Shown here: positions 44,715 to 53,328 of the stretch, piece after piece | Layout: every line of letters starts with the position of its first letter | Position numbering within the stretch: the stretch's first letter is position 1 | Assembly: GCA_047285535.1 (NCBI GenBank) | Contig: JBJBDC010000001.1 | Coordinates: forward strand, 224,136 to 288,135 | Direction: 5' to 3' | Length of the DNA stretch: 64,000 nucleotides | Source: Synechococcus sp. | GTDB lineage: Bacteria > Cyanobacteriota > Cyanobacteriia > PCC-6307 > Cyanobiaceae | Notes under the pieces: generated by a model | The model's database searches: none | Told to the model about the DNA's origin: nothing | Seen by the model: the letters and a program-made list of their open reading frames with translations, nothing else | Translations under genes and position numbers: made by a program

Positions 44715-45928
44715 TCTGTCGAAGGTGGAAGCTAATGACTTCTGTTGATAGCTTAACTTGATTTTTTAAAATTACATTATTTGTGAAGTTTATGGAAATT
44801 TTCGTGGAGTGACGGCGCTCTATTGTCAGCCTCGAGTCTTAACAGGATTTGTATTGAGTCTCTTAAGTAATGATCGCCTTGAGTCTTTCGTCTGTCCTTG
44901 TCCTTGCTCCATTGCGTTCTCACGGGTTTCGCTACGGCTCACCTTTGAAGGTTTCAGCCGTGTCTTTCTCTGAGCTATTCAGATCTTGTTGCCAAGCAAA
45001 CGGAACTGGGGAGGCAGATTCTTTTTTGTTTCAGCAAGACAATGCGATTGAGTTTCTACCGATTGAAGGCGTCATTGGTATGTTGTTTTGATGCTCTTTC
45101 TCTGATCTGATCGGCTAAATAATATCTGGAGTACTGGATAGTGTGGTTTTTGACCGCTTAATCTGTACTTTTACTGTGAGCCTTTTGGCTGGAATGGTGG
45201 TTGACGCATGAAGTTCAGACAATCATGAGAGTGCCTTGCGCTAGTGGAGAGCGAGTGATCTCAAACAGGGGCTATGTCGCTATCGATAGCTTGGATCTGG
45301 CGTCAAACTCCATGAATGATGACTCTGAGTACTCGGAGTTTGCGATTGATGATGACTGACGACCACTAGCTCCTCGACTGAGCCAAGACTATGCAATGGA
45401 TTCGATCGATGCATCTCAGGTCTGAGTGCTGTGTGTTCCAAGTCCCTGCAGGGGCTGGTCAACTTACCCTTGAGATCGTAGTGCCAGTAAATTCGATTCT
45501 CGCCACTGACACTTCGATCTGATGCTCCTAGCCCTGGAGCGGCAGTTGCAGCAGAAGAGGATCAACAACGTGCGTGCAGTCAAGCTGATTCCCCTTTGGA
45601 TTTGCACTACAACCCATCGCTCAAGCTGAGTGACATAGCGCAACTGCAGGGCCTGATTCATGAGGCTGCTTTCAGCACTCGTTGCATCGAGACAGCCTCA
45701 CATTCCAAACATTTCGATTGGATTCATGACTTTCGGTCCAGTCTGATTTCAGCAACACCTCCACTCCATTGCTTCATGAGGAGTATCGGTAGAGCACAGC
45801 AGGATGAATTGAAAGAAAGGCTTTGAGACCAATCCCTCGGTCGGTTTGGTCCCCTCCCGCTGTGCCTGAGCAGTGAAACGCAGGTTGTGACTGCCTAACG
45901 TTATCTCCAAAGCACCGGAATCAATCAC

Positions 45929-45973
45929 GCTCAATTGTGTCGAGAATTACATAACTGCTCGACACAATTGAGC
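45929..45973. repeat. perfect 16 bp inverted repeat
   Basis: GCTCAATTGTGTCGAG-13 nt-CTCGACACAATTGAGC. Confidence 0.85.
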
Positions 45974-45989
45974 CCAGTGGCCCAATGCC

Positions 45990-46187
45990 TCAGCTGCCAA
46001 CAGGTTGAGGACTCCATCCAACCAGCTCTTCAAGATTGACTGATCTCATAATTGCCCTTTCGGCCTTGGTGCTCAGAGCTGCATGGATTGATTCGCCTGA
46101 TGGCTTCTGATAACTGAATACGTCAAAGCTTGAAGGGTTTGATGCGACGGACACTTGTCTCCCGTCACGCAGTAGATATTGAGCCAA
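45990..46187 (-). CDS. small hypothetical protein
   Basis: 65 aa ATG ORF MAQYLLRDGRQV..., followed by the 16 bp hairpin. Confidence 0.65.
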   Translation of the reverse strand: MAQYLLRDGRQVSVASNPSSFDVFSYQKPSGESIHAALSTKAERAIMRSVNLEELVGWSPQPVGS

Positions 46188-46494
46188 TGGTGTGCAAAAT
46201 CAAAGCCATTTATCTCCTGCCGTTCGGGCCAAAGCAACAAATGTCAGAGGATCCATTCCTACCCCCTTCCCTTGCGGGGATCTGGCTTGTTGGCAAAGCT
46301 GCCGCTTCTCATTTTCCCATGGCTTCACTGCTCCTACAGGCAGGATCACAATCAATCTTGAGTTTGGCCAAAGAGGGATTCATGGATTCCAGATATGAGT
46401 CACTTATTGGCACTAAAATCTTAAACTGTAACTAAAAAGTTGAGATATTGATGCACTATATTCAATTGAATTCTTTCAGAGAACATACGCGTTA

Positions 46495-46527
46495 CAACAA
46501 CAACAACAATATCATCATCATCATCAT
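46495..46527. repeat. compound microsatellite (CAA)5-TAT-(CAT)5
   Basis: Read directly from the sequence. Confidence 0.85.
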
Positions 46528-46844
46528 TAATTATCTCTTGTTGATTCTGCTTGATCGAGTTGTTCTCGGCACTGAGGGGATGGACAAGGCTTAACACTCA
46601 TCAACTTGGTTTCATTTGTCCTTTTTAATGCTTAATCTCGATTTTTATGGCTGAGTTTTACTTTGTACGCAAGTCTTGAACAGCGTCGCATCTCGCTTCT
46701 CTGAGGCAACGCCTCACGTAGACACGTCAGCTTTATGTTTATTAATAGTAGCGGTCGCCATTGAGCATGATATGGCGACCTTAATGAGGTTGTAAGTAAG
46801 CTGGAAAAAACGAGCTGATCTCGCCAGCGATTGTGAATTCTGCA

Positions 46845-47192
46845 ATGAACAAGACAACTCTGCTCAGCATGGCAGCCATTCTCGCTTCAACTTCAGTGTT
46901 GACCAGTGCCTCTTATTCTGCTGTTCACAGCTGGCCTGATTCTGCAAATGTTCTTGAGCAACGCATCGAAAAGTTTTCAAATGATGCTTGGACTGCTCTT
47001 GCACAAAGTGATCCTAATCAATCGAATCTGATTTCCAGATATTGGGGTAATGGTGGGGGGCGTCGTTGGGGTAATGGAGGTGGACGCCATCGTTTTTGGG
47101 GCAATGGAGGTCGTCCAGTCCGTAGATGGGGAAACTTCCCCAGCCCCCGTGTTTTTCTTAACGGCCCGAGACGCGGATTTGCGAATTGGTAA
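46845..47192 (+). CDS. grrA: GrrA/OscA-family glycine-rich rSAM-modified RiPP (triceptide) precursor
   Basis: Signal-like N-terminus, LEQRI leader motif, core with WGN x4, FLN and terminal FANW. Confidence 0.88.
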   Translation: MNKTTLLSMAAILASTSVLTSASYSAVHSWPDSANVLEQRIEKFSNDAWTALAQSDPNQSNLISRYWGNGGGRRWGNGGGRHRFWGNGGRPVRRWGNFPSPRVFLNGPRRGFANW

Positions 47193-48055
47193 ACGCAACG
47201 CAGCAGATGCTGTCTATAGCTTTACAGACTTCTCTCAAAGTTCGTGCTTTGTTTGAACGAGCTTTCAATTCAATCGTTTGAGTTTCTGGCTTCTGTCTCG
47301 ATTGCGGCTCCATCACCTCTTTCAAGTCTTCTTGAGGGTGATTACATGGATTGCAGCTTTGACTTGATGGAGTCCATCTCGATTTCAATCTTTGTAAGGT
47401 CTTTGCCCAGAAGATGCCTTCGATTAGAATTGACAAATTATGATTTAATTTACATGTGATTTCCGCTCTATAAGCCCCCTAAAGGCTCAAGCTTCACGCC
47501 ATAGTAGAGGTGCTTCTTGAATGAGAAATCAGTGACCATATGGCTTATTGATTGCATGCAAAATTGGCTGCTATTGTTGTTTGCCGTGAACTTATTTGGT
47601 CGTTTGTCTTGTGTTCTTCCACACATGGCTGATGACAGTTTGACACCTTCCGTCCTCAGAAATTCTGTATTATTCACATGTCTGAATATTCATAAGCTCA
47701 ATGTTTACTGTATTATTCTTTGCCTATCTTTTTGCTGTGGTCGCGATTGGATATCTTATTTGTAGAACGATGACTTGATGTTAAGTCTGATTAGTATGAA
47801 AATTATGAATCGGCCAAAGTATTATTCAGCTACCTTCATGGAAGTACGCTGCTGCTATAGAGATAACTTAAATTAGCCGCTAGTGACGAGCTGAATTTTA
47901 GTGAGGATTCCCGGAATAGGCTTTTCCTGGCCTGCCGCTTGGATCGATTGAGTTGATCTTGCGACGGTCAGCTTATCCAGCTGCGATTCATCAACGTTGC
48001 CGAGCTCTTGTTGAAAGCTATATTTTCACAGAATATGCCTAGATCAATGACATAG

Positions 48056-48850
48056 TCAATCGAACAAGCAGCGATTGATCAAAGCCTCATCCTCCTCTGT
48101 CCTCTATCCGGGATTTCCTGCAACGTAGTCATCAATGGAGTCAATCGTTCTTGTCTCTGCATTTGATAGGAGAGATATTTCGATATGGCTATCTTCTGGC
48201 ATGACATAGAATCTGTTTGTTCTGGTATCACAATCGCTTTACAAGTAATCGCAGCATGACCTGATTCAATTGACCCATGAATTGATGATCGTTGCTCCTA
48301 TTGGCAGTTTCTTAATTGGTTAGCATTGTAAGTCTTCAATGGCATCGTTTTTTGGAGCAAATTATTCTTGATAAATCTTCCAGAACTCCTCTGTTGACCT
48401 AACGTTTTCACCCGCCTAGCGCAGGTGTAATATCTCGCGACCAAACGTTTGAGGTAATGCTAAACTGGCATGGCTAGATGTATGTATTTTCAATCATTTT
48501 CAGGTTTGTAGTTATTTCTTCTCCTGTTCAATTGGCTTTGAAAAACGAGTATTTTTAAAGCTTTCTAGATTAAACCAGTGATGGTATGCGTGTTTAGCAC
48601 TTCCACAAATCGGTGCTATTGCCGCAACTCAATCGGAACAAAGTGCACTCTCCCCAATGAAAGGCTAGCTGAGCACCCATGGAGCAACCAACAACCAGAA
48701 AGATCTGTTCAATGCCGAAGTATTGAGCAAGGACATGATTGATCGCAAAGATCTTTTCATCAGATAGCACTTCGTAGGCTTCGAAACTCATCAATGCCTC
48801 TTTCAGGACGACTCCTGACTGCGATTTAAACTCGCCAAGTTGTCTTTAGA
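48056..48850 (-). pseudogene. decayed homoserine O-acetyltransferase-like alpha/beta hydrolase
   Basis: Collinear fragments across frames: LGEFKSQSGVVL, FGIEQIFLVVGCSMGAQLAFHWG, IAPICGSAK, AITCKAIVIPEQTD, PEDS...NAETRTIDSI..AGNPG; stops, frameshifts and an internal deletion. Confidence 0.75.
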
Positions 48851-49080
48851 GGGTGCTATCTATCAAATATGCTGATTGAAAATTAGGCTCAACCAATCTA
48901 TGGATCCAGGACTTTGATCAAGACACCATGGAGGCACGCCATGATCGTGAAGTTGAATTCAGCTCAACGCTCATGACCGCCGTCTGCGCACTATCTCTAT
49001 CCGGCCTGGTCTTTTCCCGACCTTGACGCCCAAATTCTTCCTAGTTGCTAGAACTGTTGATATAGCTCGCTTCTCAGAAC

Positions 49081-49287
49081 ATGAGTGAATACTGGACAAA
49101 CCGCATGACCGTTCCCGTCGTCCGTGCTAAAGAGTTTGCAGACCTATCTGCTTGCTATCAAGAAGCACTCAAGGACCGTGGTGCACTGGATTGTACCTAC
49201 AAGCTCTGGTCTGAAATGACTGCTGCCGAGAAAGCCAAAGTGAATAAAAGACTGCCCAGCACTGCTAACAACTGGTACGTGAATTGA
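49081..49287 (+). CDS. small hypothetical protein
   Basis: 68 aa ATG ORF with ordinary codon usage. Confidence 0.65.
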   Translation: MSEYWTNRMTVPVVRAKEFADLSACYQEALKDRGALDCTYKLWSEMTAAEKAKVNKRLPSTANNWYVN

Positions 49288-49383
49288 TTGGATCGCAACA
49301 ATCTGTAAGTCCTTGTGACTCGAGGACAAGTAATCATCGCTGTTTTGAGTGTTCGTCTTTGCTCTTATTTTCAGCAGCCAATC

Positions 49384-49405
49384 AAAAACCCCGCTCGTGG
49401 TGGGG
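49384..49405 (-). terminator. rho-independent terminator, copy 1
   Basis: Minus strand CCCCACCACGAGCGGGGTTTTT; 21/22 identical to the copy at 50032. Confidence 0.7.
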
Positions 49406-49547
49406 CGTTAATCAACAGCACTGAAGAGGATTACGTGCCTATCGCATCTGCTTAGGGGGTTGGCTCTTCCCAAGTGATAAATGGTTCCGTCCCTGCGACC
49501 TTCACGCGGTCAACTTCCGATTCGCTGCAGCACTGTTTGAGTCAATA

Positions 49548-49575
49548 CTTCCTCTTGATGGAATCCAAGAGGAAG
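49548..49575 (-). terminator. 10 bp hairpin 3' of the Cys-rich gene
   Basis: CTTCCTCTTG-8 nt-CAAGAGGAAG; weak U tract. Confidence 0.45.
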
Positions 49576-49607
49576 CAAAGTGAAAACCTAATTTGAAGGC
49601 ATATTAT

Positions 49608-49892
49608 TTAATCTCTTTTGCATATTTGTGTGCCACCATTGAGTGATATGTCTATGCATGTGTCTAGTGTAAGCGTTTTATGCATGTCTTCACAGTCCAC
49701 GCCATGTTTGCAATAGCAAGCTCCGCCTGGGTCACACGTCCATTTCTGTATTCGTGGTTGTGTCTTGATTTTGTTTACGTTTGCGTGAGGTGTTCGATTA
49801 ACGCCAGCTTTCCGTTGTGCGTAAGAGGGTTGTGCCATCAAATTTAATGCGGCAAGTAAGCAAAGGGGCAAAACAAGAAGTGAGGTTTTCAT
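49608..49892 (-). CDS. 94 aa secreted protein with a six-Cys C-terminal domain
   Basis: MKTSLLVLPLCLLAALNLMAQPSYA signal; CDPGGACYCKHGVDC...C...C. Confidence 0.7.
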   Translation of the reverse strand: MKTSLLVLPLCLLAALNLMAQPSYAQRKAGVNRTPHANVNKIKTQPRIQKWTCDPGGACYCKHGVDCEDMHKTLTLDTCIDISLNGGTQICKRD

Positions 49893-49998
49893 CGTTGTAA
49901 GAGGTGTTTTCAGGACCAACTGAATGCCACGTATCGAATCCATGCGTGAATCATTGCTTGCATTAAATTTGAAAGTATTAATTGAAATCAACCTGATC

Positions 49999-50014
49999 TG
50001 TGATCTTGCTCACA
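49999..50014. promoter_or_regulatory. perfect CRP-type site with class II promoter spacing
   Basis: TGTGA-TCTTGC-TCACA; on the minus strand a TAnnnT hexamer (TACTTT, 49977-49972) lies 21 nt downstream. Confidence 0.7.
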
Positions 50015-50030
50015 ACGATCAGAAGGCACT

Positions 50031-50054
50031 AAAAAACCCCGCTCGTGGCGGGGT
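50031..50054 (-). terminator. rho-independent terminator, copy 2
   Basis: ACCCCGCCACGAGCGGGGTTTTTT, 20 nt after the peptide gene stop. Confidence 0.8.
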
Positions 50055-50074
50055 GGTCAGGTCACTCACTGATC

Positions 50075-50260
50075 TCAATTTTTACCGTCATTACTTGATG
50101 TACTGGTGTAGCTCGCAGAACGGTTGTTGCCGTAGCTGTAATAGCAACTCCTTCCCCAGCCCCCGGAGATCGCATGCAGGTCCTCCGGCTTGATTTCCTG
50201 ATCCATCTGTTCTGAATCCACTGGTGATTCATCCATCTGTTTTGAGTTGATGTCAGTCAT
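50075..50260 (-). CDS. double-glycine leader peptide precursor (CCRG-2/bacteriocin-like)
   Basis: MTDINSKQMDESPVDSEQMDQEIKPEDLHAISGG / WGRSCYYSYGNNRSASYTSTSSNDGKN. Confidence 0.75.
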   Translation of the reverse strand: MTDINSKQMDESPVDSEQMDQEIKPEDLHAISGGWGRSCYYSYGNNRSASYTSTSSNDGKN

Positions 50261-50435
50261 GGTGATCGGTGTCTTGAAGTGAACGAACCAGAAGGGATGG
50301 CTCCTCCCTTTGTGTAGATCCAAATCGATTGAATCTTCTGAGGAAGAGCTGAGAGTTCAGCGCTGGGCTGCCCCCCTGACTCCTTCAGCTTCTCTGAACT
50401 CACCGCCTCACTCGCTGATGGCCATCACCCAGGTC

Positions 50436-50451
50436 TGTGATCTTGCTTACA
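50436..50451. promoter_or_regulatory. CRP-type site (1 mismatch), paralogous to 49999
   Basis: TGTGA-TCTTGC-TTACA with the same spacer and the same preceding TC. Confidence 0.55.
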
Positions 50452-51417
50452 GAGTCCAATGCAACCAGCTGAAGCAGCAGTGTGTAGTTTCAGCCTGGTG
50501 CCGGAGTTGAACAGGCCTGAGGAGTTCTTGGTTCAGGCCAGAGGAATGAGGCCCTTGGCTCTGGTGGCCTGAGCACCATCAGGCTTCTTGACCTGCGAGT
50601 TTTTGTAGGTGTTTAAGCAGTTGTCTGCTTTGCGCGGTGGTGACCCCGTTCCAGTCGTTCTCGAGTGCTGTCGTGGGTTTCCCTTTGGCTGTGAATCAGG
50701 TCTACGGGCACTTTCCAACAGATGGAAGCAGAGACAGCCGTCTTCAAGGGTTTGGTTTCAGGGCCATTTCAGACCAGGTTCCACGGGAGCATCTTGACGG
50801 TTTTGATTCATTCCTCACAGTCACTGTTGCTAGTAACGGTGAGCTACAACGCCAGGCTTTGTCAGGTGATCATTCAGCAGCGTTCACCATCAAAGAAGGG
50901 AATCCGCTGTTCCTATCGGTGCAGGCCGGGGAACGGTCATCGTCCTGCACCTTCCAGCGGTGGCGCATCTGTTTGAAGCAGAGCAATGGTGGATGACTGA
51001 TCTGATCCACGTTGATGAACTTTATAGGCTTCTTCAAAACTGATTACCATCCGCTTTCTGCATTTGCAAATGTGGCGGTGATGACCACTTGCACTGTTAA
51101 ATTGCTGGCGCTTAATCTATTGATTAAATTTGGTGATGGGTCAATCAGTAGGCAAGATTTACTGCGCCAGTATAACTATTTTCACACAATTGATTAGCTC
51201 TATGAGGATTTATTGGTAGCGATCACTACGCCCAACACGCTTTTGTTCATGCTGAACAACAGCACTCTATATTTCCATCAGAGTTAGAAAGATTCAAACA
51301 ATGTCCTATGAAAGAAACATCACTGGCACCTACGGATTTGAGCTTCCTTGGCCCAATCCTTGCGGCGTCAGTTCTAGATTATTTTTGGCCTTCTCCTAAT
51401 TAGATACCACTTAAGTT

Positions 51418-51603
51418 ATGGACGAGCACACTTTGGAATTCTCGATGAATGAACGCTGTGTTCGAGCGTTGCATTCAGCTGTTTGTGTGGCTTTAGAGAA
51501 GTGGACAGGTCAGGGTGAACTTGATCAAGAATGCTTAATTGGTGTCAAAACAGCGTTGCAAGGTTGCGTTTTTGAATTTGACCTATTGCGATCCACGGAG
51601 TGA
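51418..51603 (+). CDS. small hypothetical protein
   Basis: 61 aa; VRALHSAV..ALEKW.G pattern resembles picocyanobacterial small proteins. Confidence 0.65.
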   Translation: MDEHTLEFSMNERCVRALHSAVCVALEKWTGQGELDQECLIGVKTALQGCVFEFDLLRSTE

Positions 51604-52236
51604 TGACTGATTGCAAACTTGGACTCTCTCAACCCGAGCGGTTCTGCTCTGTCGATGGCCAGAACTTGCGGGCTTCAACAAGCCCTCTACTTGTCGGAGT
51701 TATTTCGCCGGATTTGCGTGCTGGCAGGTTTCTGAAGTGGTTCTCCACCCCATCCGTTAAGTGCTGATAGGTGATGAAGATTGAACCACGCCAGTTCTCC
51801 AGCTCAGGGGCCTCAACAAATGACTACTCCCCACAGTCACGCATCTGACTTAAACAATTTTGCTATGGCCGAAAGTCAGCCTTGGCTTGCTCAGTGGTTT
51901 AGATGTTTGGCACTAGTGAATTCATCAGTGCCTGTCAAAAGTTCGTATCAAGTCATCTCGATGACGAGTGCTCTTGGAGACCCTGCTAGTTGTCGGCTAT
52001 TTGGGAATCGCTGCTGAGGTTGCGCTTAAGTCTGCTAAGAACTGAGAAAGCATGAACATCTTGGAGAACGTGTTTTCTAAGCCTTGCAACGATCATCGTT
52101 CCAACGAAAGTATTGATACTCCACCAATCAAGAGTGAACTCTAGAGCTGCTTCAAAAGGGAGCTTTTGCAGAGGCTTGGTCGTCGTGGCTCATTCAGTGG
52201 GTCACTGATCTTGATAGAGGTTGATCTGAGTTCTGC

Positions 52237-53232
52237 CTATCGGAACATTGAACTGATAGAGCTTTCTTCATGGATGCGCCAAATGGCTTCGCCAAGCATG
52301 TTGGCGACTGATAAGACATGCAATTGATCAAAGGTGCGATGAGGCTCGATGGGAATGCTATTGGTGACAACAACCTGCTCGAAAAGACCTTCCATTGACA
52401 ATCTCTCAATGGCCGGTGGAGAGAACACAGGATGGGTGGCACATGCAATGACTCGCTTGGCACCCTCTTCTCGGAGTAATTTGGCGCCAGAACAGATTGT
52501 GCCTCCGGTATCAATCATGTCGTCGATCAAAATTGCTGTTCGGCCACTGACATCTCCAATCACCGTGAGGCTTTCAGCCATGTTGTGACCTGTGCGTCGC
52601 TTGTCGATGATTGCCAGAGGGGCTCCATTCATTTGTTTGGCAAAGGCCCGGGCTCTGGCTACACCTCCCACGTCAGGAGAAACCACAACAACGTCACCAA
52701 GTTCTTGGGCTGAGAGATAATCCACCAATACGGGGGACCCGTAGATGTGATCACAGGGAATATCGAAATAGCCTTGAGTTTGAGATGAATGCAAATCCAT
52801 CGCCAGTAAGCGATCGATACCTGACTTGACAAGAAGATTGGCCGTGAGTTTGGCCGCAATCGATTCACGGCCGGCAGTCTTGCGGTCTGCGCGGGCATAG
52901 CCGTAATAAGGAACAACCGCAGTGATCTGTCGAGCGGAAGCTCTTCTGCAAGCATCCACCATGATCATCAGCTCCATCAAATTGTCGTTCACTGGAGCAC
53001 AGGTGGGTTGGATCAGGAAGACATCACAGCCCCGTATTGATTCCTGGATTTGAACATAAAGCTCACCGTCTGCAAAACGTTTGCAAACCTTCGGACCATC
53101 AGGAACACCTAGGTATGAAGCTATCTCTCGAGCTAAAGCTGGGTTCGAAGTTCCACTAAACAGGCGTAAACGCCTGGTGTCGTGTGGCAATTTTTCCTGC
53201 TCTGCTCGGGCAGCGGTGAGAAAACTTGTCAC
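52237..53232 (-). CDS. prs: ribose-phosphate pyrophosphokinase
   Basis: FADGE, PYYGYARADRK, DLHS.Q.QG.F, SPDVGG, DDMIDTGGT; GTG start at 53232. Confidence 0.95.
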   Translation of the reverse strand: MTSFLTAARAEQEKLPHDTRRLRLFSGTSNPALAREIASYLGVPDGPKVCKRFADGELYVQIQESIRGCDVFLIQPTCAPVNDNLMELMIMVDACRRASARQITAVVPYYGYARADRKTAGRESIAAKLTANLLVKSGIDRLLAMDLHSSQTQGYFDIPCDHIYGSPVLVDYLSAQELGDVVVVSPDVGGVARARAFAKQMNGAPLAIIDKRRTGHNMAESLTVIGDVSGRTAILIDDMIDTGGTICSGAKLLREEGAKRVIACATHPVFSPPAIERLSMEGLFEQVVVTNSIPIEPHRTFDQLHVLSVANMLGEAIWRIHEESSISSMFR

Positions 53233-53328
53233 AGTGCCCGCGTTTGAGAACAGCGATGCACTGATCGTAGTGCTGCGTCGTCCCACTTTCCATAATCGGT
53301 TTGAGTCCGATCTCCCTAGGGTCGAGGC

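Larger units (their letters stand above)
32345..52236. other. accessory genomic island between convergent pepN and prs
   Basis: Visible shift to AT-richer sequence, low coding density, many small ORFs and decayed genes; no integrase or att repeat seen. Confidence 0.8.

Noticed and set aside
44870..45826. Possible AraC-type pseudogene
   Set aside because: Looks like decayed coding DNA, but no diagnostic motif could be recovered
32345..52236. CRISPR array, integron, prophage or retron in the island
   Set aside because: No regularly spaced repeats, and no cas, integrase, reverse transcriptase or phage structural genes recognised
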